Shown here: one piece after another, positions 48,080 to 58,701 of the stretch
How the letters are laid out: each line of letters begins with the position of its first letter
Position numbering within the stretch: position 1 is the stretch's first letter
NCBI GenBank assembly: GCA_965261085.1
Contig: OZ253442.1
Span: 736,001-800,000 of the forward strand
Reading direction: 5' to 3'
DNA from: a bacterium
GTDB taxonomy: Bacteria; UBA8248
DNA: 64,000 nt
Notes under the pieces: generated by a model
Seen by the model: only the letters and a program-made list of their open reading frames with translations
The model's database searches: none
What the model was told of the DNA's origin: nothing
Position numbers and translations under genes: made by a program

Positions 48080-49558
48080 TTATCCCTTTCCTTCCAGCAC
48101 CACGTAGCGTGTCGCGCCTCGCCGCTCGATTACCAGCAGATTACCTTTATTTTCTCCTTTTTTCAGCGCTTCACGCAACTGGTCCATATTGGCAATCGCT
48201 TTGCGGTTGGCTTCCACAATGACGTCACCTCGTCGCAAACCGGCTATGGCTGCGGGGCTATCCGGCAATACGTTGGAGATGACAACGCCTTTCTCCGCTT
48301 TTGCCCCGATTTGCTTTCTGAGTTCAGGGGTCAGGTTTTGCCCATCGATGCCCAGTTGTTTCTGGAGCGCGGGTTTTGACGCTTTCGCCCGTTCCTCCGA
48401 GGATACGGGCAACTTGGCGACTTGAAGTTTGACCACACGTTTTTTGCCGTCCCGTATGATGCCGACTTTGGCGATGGAACCCGGCTTCAAGTCGGCCGCG
48501 GTAAGGGAGAGCTGACGGGGGTTTTCAATTTTTTTCTCATTAATGCTTACGATCAGGTCACCTCTTTTGATGCCAGCTTTTTCCGCAGGCGCATTCTCGA
48601 TCACGTTGGCGACCAGGGCGCCCCGGGTTTCTTTCAGGTCCAATACTTTCGCCAGACTTTCATTGACGGGTTGAATGGATACGCCCAGAAATCCACGGGT
48701 CACCACTCCCGTGCGAAGCTGGGGGAGCAGTTTCTTAGCCATGTTGATTGGTATGGCGAAGCCAATCCCGATATTTCCGCCGCTTCTGCTGAAGATTGCA
48801 GTATTGATGCCCACGACGTTTCCATTCAAATCGAAGAGCGGCCCCCCGCTGTTTCCCGGATTGATGGAGGCGTCGGTTTGGATAAAGTTGTCGAATCGGC
48901 TCGAGCCGATGACGCGTCCTTTGGCGCTGACGATTCCGGCCGTCACCGTATGTGATAATCCAAATGGATTTCCTATGGCCATTACCCAATCGCCCACGCG
49001 AAGTTTTTCGCTGTCCCCGAGCTTCACCGCAGTGAACGTGTCCCCAGGCTTCGTTTCTACCTGGAGTAGCGCGATGTCGGTTTGGGGGTCACGGCCCACG
49101 ATCTTTGCTTTTCGTTTCTTTTGGTCCTTGAAACGGACCGTTATTTTTGATGCGTTTTCGACGACGTGATTGTTCGTAACGATTAGTCCGTTTTTGGTCA
49201 CGATGAAGCCTGAACCCAAGTTCTGCCGTCTGGGTTGTGGGCGCAAACCACCACGAGGTCGTTGGCGGAAGGGACCTTCATGAAAACGTCTGAAAAATTC
49301 ATTCCACAAATCGCCAGGAATTCCTGGAAATTCGCCTCTTGAACTCGTTTCAATCTTTGTTTCCGTACTGATATTCACTACGGAAGGGCTCAATTTTTCT
49401 GCCAACCCGGCCAGGGACGGCAATTTTCCCGCACTGGAGATGGTTGCGGATTGGGCGTTCACTGGTGCTAAAAGCAAGGCCAGGCCAAGCAATGTAGTGA
49501 TGAGCATGGAGGTTGAACCCACCGATTTGAATTTGGGAAGATAGAGATAATTCCGCAT
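48080..49558 (-). CDS. DegP/DegQ (Do family) serine endoprotease
   Basis: TNNHV, IQTDASINPGNSGG, two PDZ domains, N-terminal signal. Confidence 0.95.
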   Translation of the reverse strand: MRNYLYLPKFKSVGSTSMLITTLLGLALLLAPVNAQSATISSAGKLPSLAGLAEKLSPSVVNISTETKIETSSRGEFPGIPGDLWNEFFRRFHEGPFRQRPRGGLRPQPRRQNLGSGFIVTKNGLIVTNNHVVENASKITVRFKDQKKRKAKIVGRDPQTDIALLQVETKPGDTFTAVKLGDSEKLRVGDWVMAIGNPFGLSHTVTAGIVSAKGRVIGSSRFDNFIQTDASINPGNSGGPLFDLNGNVVGINTAIFSRSGGNIGIGFAIPINMAKKLLPQLRTGVVTRGFLGVSIQPVNESLAKVLDLKETRGALVANVIENAPAEKAGIKRGDLIVSINEKKIENPRQLSLTAADLKPGSIAKVGIIRDGKKRVVKLQVAKLPVSSEERAKASKPALQKQLGIDGQNLTPELRKQIGAKAEKGVVISNVLPDSPAAIAGLRRGDVIVEANRKAIANMDQLREALKKGENKGNLLVIERRGATRYVVLEGKG

Positions 49559-49824
49559 TTTTTCCCCTTCTCTACACATCAGACATACTGGCGGCGACAA
49601 ACACTACATCACTTATTTTAGATATACCAAAGTTCCATCTCTGTGGAAATCGGCAAATAGCTGAAAAAAGTTTGATTATCGCTTTGATGCAGATTTGCGT
49701 GGCTGAAAAGACATAATTATCAGCTATCCGCATCGACGCGAGACGAACGGAGGGATATTCTCTCCACCGTCTGGAAAATCCGGCCGCGGCGTCACCCGAG
49801 AGAGTTTCTTGAAATGATGAGCGC

Positions 49825-50700
49825 ATGAGTCTCGAATCCCAAACCATTCTACTCGCTATTTCGGCGGCTTTTGTCAGCGCGGCGACAAACATCACCTTCG
49901 CGCCCGCTTTGCGGCAGATGGGTTCGTTCGCCCTGGCGCAGTTCAATAATGTCGGCAACTCCTTGATGTTGGGGGCAATCGGATTCTGGTTGTACGAGCC
50001 GGGGAGTTTTCGCTGGGAGGCGTTCGCCTGGTTCAGCGTTCTGGGAGTGTTGAACTACAGTATTAATCGCTGGATATTCTATACCGGCATGAATGTCGTC
50101 GGCCCATCTCGCCATATCACCATCACGAGCATGGTGCCGCTTCCCAGCCTCTTTTTGGCGGTCATTTTTCTGGGGGAAGAACCCGGCCGGTGGGTTTTGC
50201 TCGGAACATTTCTCGTTGTTGTGGGCGTAGCCGCCGTGAGTTACGAACCCTCGGGTGGAAGATGGTTCCGCGTAGGGATAGGTTGGTCGCTTATGAGTAT
50301 GCTCATGCTGGTGGGCAGCGCGTTCATGCGTAAGCAGGGGATGTCGTACATGGCTGCGCCCGCCCTGCTTACCGCGTGGTCGGCCTTGGTCGCCATCCCT
50401 ACCTCTGAGGGATTGCGCCATTTTCTCCCCAAGCGTTATTTCGAATGGGGGTCGAAACGCTATATTCCGCTGTTGGTTTTTGGAACGATCATAAACGGGT
50501 TGATGCAAATCCTCATCAACCTCGCGCTGAAGGGAAAACTCTCGCTGGCGGTTCCCATCCTGAGCAGCACGCCGATTTTCGCCTTGTGCCTTTCCGCGAT
50601 GTTCTTGCGAGGCATCGAACGCCTGAACGCGCGCGTGGTGCTGGGCGTATGCATCACCGTGCTGGGTATCGTCGCGGTGAGCATCGGTCGGCACGGCTAA
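49825..50700 (+). CDS. EamA/DMT family transporter
   Basis: About 10 TM with two EamA-like halves (FLGEEPG). Confidence 0.85.
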   Translation: MSLESQTILLAISAAFVSAATNITFAPALRQMGSFALAQFNNVGNSLMLGAIGFWLYEPGSFRWEAFAWFSVLGVLNYSINRWIFYTGMNVVGPSRHITITSMVPLPSLFLAVIFLGEEPGRWVLLGTFLVVVGVAAVSYEPSGGRWFRVGIGWSLMSMLMLVGSAFMRKQGMSYMAAPALLTAWSALVAIPTSEGLRHFLPKRYFEWGSKRYIPLLVFGTIINGLMQILINLALKGKLSLAVPILSSTPIFALCLSAMFLRGIERLNARVVLGVCITVLGIVAVSIGRHG

Positions 50701-50707
50701 TCTGGCG

Positions 50708-51577
50708 ATGGACAACACGATGGGGATCGTCTGGGCGCTGGCGGCGGCGATCATGGCGGCGTTCACGGGGGTTCTCGCCGCGCGGCCCTTGCGGCGCATG
50801 GGTTTGATGTCCGCCACTTTGTTGACGAATGTTTTCAACATGCTCGTTCTGGCTCTTATCGGCTGGTGGGAATACGACCCCGACGACGTGACGCTCGAGG
50901 GAATGCTCTGGTTCGCTCTTTTGGGCGTTACCGCCTACAGCTACGGGCGTCTCGTGTATTACAAGGCGATTGACTCTATCGGCCCGCCCAGACTGATGAC
51001 GCTTATGAGCGCCTCTCCTTTGCTCAGCTTATCCTTGGCCGTCCTTTTCCTGGGTGAGGAGCCCGGGCCGGCCGTTCTGGGGGGCACGGGCCTCGTGGTG
51101 GCCGGCGTGATCCTGGTGAGCTACGAACCCGCCCGGGGGCGCTGGTTCCAGCCGGGGATTCTCTGGGGTTTCGCCAGCGCGATCTCCCTGGGCGTGAGCG
51201 TGTTCATCCGCAAAAAAGGCCTGGACGCCATGCCGAACATCGCTCTCACGGTGGCGTGGTCGAACATGGTGAGCATCCCCATCATCTACAGTTTGAGATT
51301 CATCTCTCCGCCCAGATTGTTCGACTGGGGGCCGCGCTGGGCGGTGGCGACCATCATCCTGGTCGGCGTGCTGAACTCGGGCAACCAGCTCCTCTACAAC
51401 CTCGCCATCATCAACTCGGAAATCAGCGTCGTAGGCCCTATCATCGCCACAATGCCAATATTTTCAGTGATTTTCACCGTCCTCATGCTGCGCGACATGA
51501 CGCGCGTGCGACCCCGGCTCGTCTTGGGCGTATGCGTCACGGTGGCCGGAATGGCCACCGTCGTCCTGGGTCGCTGA
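50708..51577 (+). CDS. EamA/DMT family transporter (tandem paralog)
   Basis: About 10 TM; shares FLGEEPG, VSYEP..GRWF and LGVC.TV with the upstream gene. Confidence 0.85.
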   Translation: MDNTMGIVWALAAAIMAAFTGVLAARPLRRMGLMSATLLTNVFNMLVLALIGWWEYDPDDVTLEGMLWFALLGVTAYSYGRLVYYKAIDSIGPPRLMTLMSASPLLSLSLAVLFLGEEPGPAVLGGTGLVVAGVILVSYEPARGRWFQPGILWGFASAISLGVSVFIRKKGLDAMPNIALTVAWSNMVSIPIIYSLRFISPPRLFDWGPRWAVATIILVGVLNSGNQLLYNLAIINSEISVVGPIIATMPIFSVIFTVLMLRDMTRVRPRLVLGVCVTVAGMATVVLGR

Positions 51578-51600
51578 GGCGCGAGACCCCCCGAAACAGG

Positions 51601-51910
51601 CCCCGAAACGCTCGTTTTATTTATCGAAAAACCACGTGAATTTATCTAATTTTATCGATATTTTCAGGTCAATCGCGACTGGTCAAGGAGCGATTGCAGT
51701 TTGCCGACCGAAGAGTGAGGGTTTGCGCCTTTCCCGAGCTGGCAAGAAGGAACTGCGCTTCCCCGAGCAGCGGAAGGTCGCGCCGCCCGAGCCGAATCGA
51801 CCTTCCCATTTACTCCGCTCCTCTCATCGCTGAAACAGCAATTCCTCGCTCCTCGCTCGAAATTGACTTTCCCGCGCGGGATTCTCGCCCATCCCGACGA
51901 TAACTCGATA
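51601..51910. repeat. TTTATCGA double-box repeat (copy B) fused to a composite dispersed repeat
   Basis: 51601-51667 matches 62528-62595; 51666-51890 has inverted homology to 37675-37885; empty target-like hairpin at 51839-51866. Confidence 0.72.
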
Positions 51911-51995
51911 ACCGCAATTGCGGGGAGATGCGGGTGGAAGCCATGGCTCGACGACGACCCGTGATGGATGCAGCCTTTCCCTTCAGTCTTTCTTT

Positions 51996-52601
51996 TTACA
52001 GGTCCCGGCTGAGCACGTTTCGGGCGTATCGCGCCAGCCTTTCGGGTGGAACCTTCAGCGTATTCATCCCCGGCGGCGGTGTTTCCAGGTCGAGTTGCAG
52101 CGTGTCGTTCAGCCGGTTCATCAGGTTGAAATGGCAGATGATCATGGTGAGTTCGATCATCTCTTGAGGAGAGAAAAAGGTCCGCATTTTCTCCCATGAC
52201 GCATCGTCGTGTTTCGCCTCGTTTTTCGTCACCAGTTCCGCCCACCGAATCACCCATTTCTGCTTTTCTGTGAGGTGGGGAGAATTCTCGTAATCTCCCT
52301 CGGCTGCAGCTACCTGTTCTTCCGTCAATCCGCCGACCTGACCAAGCCGCCGATTGTGCTGCAGTCAGAAATCGCAAGTGTTGACCACCGATGTGCGAAT
52401 GATCGCCAACTCCTTCGTTTGCGCGTCGAGCAAACCGCCGCTTTCGCGCTGCACCGCCGTCGCGAAGGGAATCAGCCACTTGGCCACCCAGGGACTGTGG
52501 GCGATGGTCCGCGTCGAGTTCGAGACGAATCCCAGCATCTCCCGGGCGCCCTCGAATATCTGGCGCACTGTTCTCGGCCACGGCGCGGCGGTGATGCGCA
52601 C
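51996..52601 (-). CDS. AhpD/carboxymuconolactone decarboxylase-like protein, probable selenoprotein (CxxU)
   Basis: ORFs 52365-52619 and 51996-52328 are in the same frame, joined by TGA 52365-52367: KELAIIRTSVVNT-C-D-F-U-LQH; SECIS-like hairpin follows; GTG start with GAGAGG RBS. Confidence 0.85.
52333..52367 (-). promoter_or_regulatory. bacterial SECIS-like stem-loop
   Basis: UGA CUGCAGCACAAUCGG CGGCUU GGUC AGGUCG: upper stem with a GGUC apical loop starting about 21 nt after UGA. Confidence 0.65.
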
Positions 52602-52675
52602 CTCGCCTCTCGAAAACACGGTTCATTGATATCAGACGAATTCTTATTCACCACATCCCAAACCAGACCTGTTTT

Positions 52676-54197
52676 GGGGTTGTTGAAAAACCCCTGACTC
52701 TATGCTTGGATGTATGGATATTACGCGCCCGAGAAGGGAATATCCGCGATGTTGGGACGCAAGAACCGCGCCCAGATGGATTTGTTCATCACCGGTTCGC
52801 TGGAGAGGTTGATTCCCGAGGATCACATATTGGCCCGCGTGAACCGCGTTCTGGACCTGAGTTGGCTGCGCGAGGAAGTGGCGGATTGTTATTGCGCGGA
52901 CAACGGCCGTCCTGGGATCGACCCCGAAGTGGCGGTTCGGTTGATGTTGGCGGGCCTTCTGCTGGGGTTCGTGCACGACCGTCGGTTGATGCGCGAGGCG
53001 CAGGTGAACATCGCGATCCGGTGGTTCATCGGTTACGGGCTGGAGGATCGGCTGCCGGATCATTCGAGCCTGACGCGGATACGGCAGCGCTGGGGGGAGG
53101 CCCGGTTCCGGGAGATATTCCGCCGCACGGTCCGTGCGTGCCTGGATGCGAAGGTGGCCAAGGCCGAAGTCGTGCACGTGGACGCCTCATTGATCCGCGC
53201 GGACGTGAGTTGGGAGAGTCTGGTGGAGCGTCACGTGGACGAGGTGATAGCGGAGAACCCCGTCGAGGAGGAGGCCGGGAAGAAGGGTGGAGGAGGCCGC
53301 CGTGGCGGGGGTTCCGGGAAGGTGAGCCGGACGGACCCGGACGCGCGGCTGGCGAGAACGGGCGGGGGATTCGAGCCGAGCTACAAGCAGCACGCTGTGG
53401 TGGACGACACGCGCGGGGTGGTGCTCGACGTATCGGTGACGGAGGGTACGGTGAACGAGCGTGAGGTGCTCGAATCGCAGGTGGAAGCGGTATGCGAGGT
53501 ATCGGGGCGCGCGCCCGCGATGGTGACGGCGGACTCTGGCTACGCCTACTCGAAGGTCTACGCGGCCCTGGAGCGCCGGGGTGTGGCCGCGCTCATTCCG
53601 GCGAAGAGGGAACCCTCGCAGAGCCGTGTTCCGTTGCGCCTGTTCCGCTACGACGCGCGGCACGACATCGTGAAGTGTCCGCGCGGCAAGATACTGAGCC
53701 CCCGTCGGCCCGCAAAGGGGGGGCGTTATTATCGTTCGAAGACCCGTGATTGCGCGGGCTGCGCGCTTCGCGAGGATTGCCTGCCGAAGGCGTGGTCGAG
53801 CAAGGTGGTGTTGGTTCCGCATGCGTATCCGGCGCTGTTGCGCGCGCGCCGGCGCCATGCGCGATGGAGGGAGGAGGAGCGGCGGATGTACCGGCGTCAT
53901 ATGTGGCGCTCGGAGGGCTACCACGGCGAGGCGAAGACCTGGCACGGGCTTGCGCGCGCGGTGCGGCGCGGTCTTGAGAACATGAAGATACAGTCCTACC
54001 TGACGGCGGCGGCGATCAACCTCAAGCGGCTCTCCGCCGCACTTGCTGCAAGGTTATTCGCCCTCTGGAGGGCCTGGTCGGCCCGGGAAGAGCCTCTGTG
54101 CGTCCATCGCGGCCTCGCAAGCTGCGCGGGCTTCCTGTCCGCCGCCGCGTGACCCTCCATACCGCCCGCTCCCGAAACCGGGTTATTCAACAACCCC
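52676..54197 (+). mobile_element. IS1182-family element, copy 4 (1522 bp)
   Basis: Same IRs; TGTTTT direct repeat on both flanks. Confidence 0.93.
52710..54152 (+). CDS. IS1182-family transposase
   Basis: Protein matches copy 1. Confidence 0.93.
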   Translation: MYGYYAPEKGISAMLGRKNRAQMDLFITGSLERLIPEDHILARVNRVLDLSWLREEVADCYCADNGRPGIDPEVAVRLMLAGLLLGFVHDRRLMREAQVNIAIRWFIGYGLEDRLPDHSSLTRIRQRWGEARFREIFRRTVRACLDAKVAKAEVVHVDASLIRADVSWESLVERHVDEVIAENPVEEEAGKKGGGGRRGGGSGKVSRTDPDARLARTGGGFEPSYKQHAVVDDTRGVVLDVSVTEGTVNEREVLESQVEAVCEVSGRAPAMVTADSGYAYSKVYAALERRGVAALIPAKREPSQSRVPLRLFRYDARHDIVKCPRGKILSPRRPAKGGRYYRSKTRDCAGCALREDCLPKAWSSKVVLVPHAYPALLRARRRHARWREEERRMYRRHMWRSEGYHGEAKTWHGLARAVRRGLENMKIQSYLTAAAINLKRLSAALAARLFALWRAWSAREEPLCVHRGLASCAGFLSAAA

Positions 54198-54445
54198 TGT
54201 TTTCGCCCGCTTTGATGCGGCGAGGCGTCTTCATCGCCCATGAAATCCCGTTATCCTGTTGATATCATTGGGAAACGTTCATGGTTCCTGGTCTCGTTAG
54301 GGATTCACCTTCTGCAGAATGTAAGCAAAACGAAAGCGGCTCCCTTCGAACTCCCGCGCATCCGGGCGAGTCCGTGTCGAACCGTCCTCCAGAGTCCGCC
54401 CCGCAACGGCTTGCTTGCGGTCATGCTCAGGCGTGCTTGTATTTC

Positions 54446-54890
54446 TCAGTTTCGGGTTTTGGGATCCAGAGCGTCGCGCAGTCCGTCGCCGAAAAGATTA
54501 AAGCCAAGCACTGTCACCATGATCGCCAGTCCCGGCGCGACGACGTTGAACGGCATCACGGCGAGTGAAGTCAAGTTCTGCTTGAGGTCGAAGCCCCACG
54601 AAGGCGTTGGCGGCTGGGAACCCAGACCCAGAAACGAGAGGTTCGCCTCGAGCAGGATGGCGAACGCGATGGAGATGGTGGCCGACACGATCAGTGGGGC
54701 GAAGCAGTTTGGCAGGATATGCAGGAAGAGCAGGCGGAAGTCCAAAGCCGACTCCGATTGGATCCAGGTTGACGGCTTCTCCCTCGATGGCGATTTTCAG
54801 AGTGCCTCCCCTCTTGGCGGCATGGGTGTCGGTTACGGGGTTGAATGCGAAAAACAGGATGGAAAGGATAGGAATTAGCATGTGCAGCAT
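54446..54890 (-). pseudogene. deletion chimera of a peptide/nickel ABC operon (SBP N-terminus joined to DppC/OppC C-terminus)
   Basis: Signal peptide plus KRGGTLKIAIEGEAVNLDP; out-of-frame junction near 54745 to HILPN..EANLSFLGLG.QPPTPSWG..FNLFGDGLRDALDP. Confidence 0.85.
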
Positions 54891-55041
54891 GGTGATACAT
54901 CCATTTGGCAGGATGCGAGCAACGAGAAAGTGAAAGATCACTCTTTCTGATACGACTGTCGATCAGGCTTGCTCTTCCTTATGAAAGATGACGCTGTGGG
55001 GCGAAAAATTGACCCCACAGGTCATCTTCCCGTCCGATCTA

Positions 55042-56010
55042 TTACTTCACTTTATCGAGTAGGCCCGTCGCTTCAATATCCGCGCGGAACTCGCGTTTTT
55101 CCTTCTCCGTTAGCGAGACGACCGGCGGACGCACCCCGCCCGCGGGCATGCCGAGCAGCGCCGTCCATTCCTTCAGGTACGCCGTCGTGCGCCCGTTCGG
55201 ACCCGTGGTGAAGTACTTCTTGCGGACTGCGCGGATCGGCTCGAGCGAGTAATTGATTTCGGAGGCCTTGGCCATATCGCCCGCCTTCGCCGCTTCATAG
55301 TAGTCGCGGATCGGCGTGTAGCCCGGAACCTGGTAGAGATAGGGGGTCGGCGAGGACATGTGCACCTGCATCCCCAGATGGGCATAGCTGGTGAGGAAGC
55401 GCTCTTCGTCCGGGTCGCAGACGACGATCTCATCCCCTACGCGGCGGCGCACTTCACTCTGGTGCGCCATGCTCGGAACCGCATTTTTGATGCAGCAGAT
55501 GTTGTCCAGGCTGACGAGGCGCTCGATGAGTTCGGGGCTCAGCGTGGTGCCGGATTTAGGCTGGTTGAACAGCGAGATCCCGATATCGACCTGATCGCAG
55601 ATGGTCTTGAAGTAGAGGAATATCTCGTCGTCGTCGTGCGCTCCGTAGACGGGGTTGATCATGATGGCGTAGTCGGCGCCGACCTCCTCGGCGTGCTTGG
55701 TCAACTCGACGGCCTCGCTGATGTTGATGTGGGGGGTATGGGGGATGGTCTGGGCTGTCCCCCGGCTCTCCTCGCAGACGATGTGCTGGACGCGCTTGCG
55801 CTCCTGGGGGGAGAGCGACCAGTACTCACCCATCAACCCGTTGCAGAAAAACCCGTCGATACGGAGGTCGTCAATGCAGGTCCGGACGATTTGGCGGAGC
55901 CCTTCCTCATCCACCTCTCCCGAGGCGGTGTAGGGGGTCGTCAGCGCGGCCCAGACGCCTGTCATGTGCTCCTTGCAGTACGCTTTCGCTTCTGATTTGG
56001 TGTATTCCAT
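55042..56010 (-). CDS. dihydrodipicolinate synthase-like class I aldolase
   Basis: ALTTPY, NGLMGE..SLS..ER, ICCIKNA Schiff-base Lys, GGVRPP. Confidence 0.88.
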   Translation of the reverse strand: MEYTKSEAKAYCKEHMTGVWAALTTPYTASGEVDEEGLRQIVRTCIDDLRIDGFFCNGLMGEYWSLSPQERKRVQHIVCEESRGTAQTIPHTPHINISEAVELTKHAEEVGADYAIMINPVYGAHDDDEIFLYFKTICDQVDIGISLFNQPKSGTTLSPELIERLVSLDNICCIKNAVPSMAHQSEVRRRVGDEIVVCDPDEERFLTSYAHLGMQVHMSSPTPYLYQVPGYTPIRDYYEAAKAGDMAKASEINYSLEPIRAVRKKYFTTGPNGRTTAYLKEWTALLGMPAGGVRPPVVSLTEKEKREFRADIEATGLLDKVK

Positions 56011-56455
56011 CTCGTTTCCTCTCCTAAAGAGGTGGTAGCCGGTTGTGGTCGAACGCGGCGGTTATGGGACGAACGTGCCGGGTGACGTAATCGCGCGCCG
56101 GCTTTTGCAATGCCTTTTGTTCTTCGGTCAGGGGAAAACCCATCGACCCTCCATCCGGCCAAGCGTGCGAGAGGAGGTGGGTAATGGGCGCGTAGGCATT
56201 CCACCTACGAAAGAAACCGGGTCACGCCGGAACGATGCGCCCACTAATGGATCGTGCGCTTTTATGCATAGCTTAACATCTACAATTGGGAGTTCGTTGT
56301 CAATCCACTCTACCGATCCTGCGGAACAGCGGATGCTCTTGCGGTGCGATGAATTTGTCCGCTTCCCGGCGGGTCGATATCCCCGGAAGGAGGCGCTTCT
56401 GCGGGGCGCAGCCATTCGGCGTAAGGCGGAGAATTCGTCGTCTGTCAGAGGTTCG

Positions 56456-58177
56456 CTAGGGCTTGGCGCAGATAACGTTCAGGAGCGCCTGCCTGCCCTC
56501 CACCCGAACGGCGTGGAGCGCCCAATCGAGGGCGGGTTTGATCTGCTCCGGCGCCTCGACCTTCTCTCCGTAACCGCCGCAGGCCTCGCATATCTTTTCG
56601 TAATCGGGCGAGGGCTCAAGTGCGGTGAAGGCGAAATCATCCTGGCCCACAGCCCAGCCGTCCGGGTAAATCGCCTGCGCATTGCGCTTCACGGAGCCCC
56701 AGGTTCGGTTGTTGAAAACAACCACCAGCACAGGAAGCTTGTGCGCGTTTGACGCAAAATGGCAGGCGGCCGGGTTGCTGAAGATGTATGCGCCGTCCCC
56801 CAGCGTCGCGACGACGGTGTGGTCCTTGGCGGCCAGTTTGGCGCCTAGCGCCGCCCCGAAGCCCCAGCCCAGACCTGCGGCGGGCGGATGATCAAAGTAG
56901 GTGCCGGGTTTGGTCCGTGTGAGTTGGGTCCCGACCATGTCGTATTCATTCACGAGGATGTCATCCTCACCGAGCGCGTCATCTACGCAACGGGCGAGCC
57001 AGACATATTCGATGGGGTTGCTCGTAGAAGCTTTTTCCGCTTCTTCCCTCCATTGGGCGCGCTGAGCGGCGTGAGATTTCTCAAGCGCCTCACGGCGCTT
57101 GGCGATCTCGGTTTCCTTGCCCGCCAGCAATGGGCGAAGCGCCTCTCTTAGCGCAGCGAGCGCAGGCGCCGACTCGGACTGAATGGGCAGATCGGCGGGG
57201 AACCCACGGATGGGATAGCGGGAGAAATTGGGGTCGACGGCCAACTGAATAAAACTTGTTTCAGGTCTCGGCTGCACCTGCGATGGTATCCAGGGAACGG
57301 TCGATTCGATGGTCAGAATGGTGTCGGCCTTCGGGAAGTGCTCCCACAGCGCGTACCCCTGGTGAAGCGGATGATTCGTGGGGAAGTTCACGAACTCCCT
57401 GAACCGATCCTCGACAACCGGGAAAGCGCCCATTTCGGCGAGTGCGATGAGTTCGGGCACTGCCTCCGGCTCCCTTCCCATCATTCCGACATGAAGGATG
57501 GGATGGCTCGCGTCGGCCAGCATTTTGGCCGCGCGGTTGATCGCATCGATATCCGGATAGAGGCGCGTAGGCCGGGTCGTGCGGGGTTTTTCCCAGTAGG
57601 AAAACTCTGTTTGGGGGGCGGCCAGCACCTCGCGCGGCAAGACGAGGTAGACCGGTCCCCTGGGATGGGAAGTGGCGATGCCGAGCGCGCGATCGACCAC
57701 CGTTTCAAGCTGTTCGAAATTTCGTAGTTCATAGTCCCACTTCACGAACTCGCGGACCATCGCGCCCTGGTCGAAACTCTCCTGCGCCCAGTGGATGTAC
57801 ACGTTGCGGCTCCCGAGCATGCCCGACTCGGTAATGGGCGTGCGCCCCGCCGTGAAAAGTATCGGGATGTTGAGCCTGTTGGCGTTGATGAGCCCGATGA
57901 TCGAGTTCGCCGTTCCCACCGAGACATGGACCATTACAAGCTGGGGCCGCCCGGTCACCATGGTGTAGCCGTGCGACATGCTCATGGCGATTATTTCGTG
58001 GGGCGCCAGGATGGGAATCGGACAAGGCTTGCCGTCCGCGCGCAGTTTGGCCAGCCCTTCTATGATCGAGGGAAAGTCCGTCCCGCCGTTGCCGAAAAAA
58101 TATTCAATTCCGCGATCGGCCAACAATGTCAGGTAAGCTTCGGCGGTGGTCTCAACGGCGACACGTTTCTTTTCCAC
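56456..58177 (-). CDS. thiamine pyrophosphate-dependent enzyme (ALS/benzoylformate decarboxylase-like)
   Basis: FGNGGTDF, PHE, GDG..NN TPP motif; GTG start with GGAGGG RBS. Confidence 0.92.
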   Translation of the reverse strand: MEKKRVAVETTAEAYLTLLADRGIEYFFGNGGTDFPSIIEGLAKLRADGKPCPIPILAPHEIIAMSMSHGYTMVTGRPQLVMVHVSVGTANSIIGLINANRLNIPILFTAGRTPITESGMLGSRNVYIHWAQESFDQGAMVREFVKWDYELRNFEQLETVVDRALGIATSHPRGPVYLVLPREVLAAPQTEFSYWEKPRTTRPTRLYPDIDAINRAAKMLADASHPILHVGMMGREPEAVPELIALAEMGAFPVVEDRFREFVNFPTNHPLHQGYALWEHFPKADTILTIESTVPWIPSQVQPRPETSFIQLAVDPNFSRYPIRGFPADLPIQSESAPALAALREALRPLLAGKETEIAKRREALEKSHAAQRAQWREEAEKASTSNPIEYVWLARCVDDALGEDDILVNEYDMVGTQLTRTKPGTYFDHPPAAGLGWGFGAALGAKLAAKDHTVVATLGDGAYIFSNPAACHFASNAHKLPVLVVVFNNRTWGSVKRNAQAIYPDGWAVGQDDFAFTALEPSPDYEKICEACGGYGEKVEAPEQIKPALDWALHAVRVEGRQALLNVICAKP

Positions 58178-58701
58178 GGTGCACCCTCCCTCCGGTCCAT
58201 AGAGGCGCAGGACCATGCGCACGATAATCAGGACGATTTAGATTGAGGACATCTACATGCTACGAACCGGCACGCCGGGCAAAGGATGCGGCTCGGGTAG
58301 TCAACACCCGAAAAATCGCCCTACCCATGAATTTATTCTCAGAATAGCCGATACCGACTTTTTAGCCATATGATCAGATATTGTAAACATGCGTTCCAAT
58401 AACGTGAACGAACGTCAAAAGACGGGCGCCCAATCCGAGAACCTGCGCCGGAGTCTGGAGATACTGCTTCTCTTCTCCACCCCCTCGCGGAGCAGTTTTG
58501 TCGTTCTCGGGAACAGACCCCGTCGCCAAACACGAGATGTCCCTCGCTGTATCGTAGATGGACTTTGGGGATTTGAAATCCTGGAACGGAAAGCCTGAAC
58601 CTGTTGGAATCCGGAATTTCTCGGAGTTTATTGGCCGTTGTCCCCGGAAACCCGTACATGACGAGTCAGCAATTCGCCATGAAGAATTTTGCCCAAAGGC
58701 G

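Noticed and set aside
56128-56415. 95-aa ORF between the TPP enzyme and the aldolase
   Set aside because: No recognisable motif or RBS; cannot be supported as a gene.
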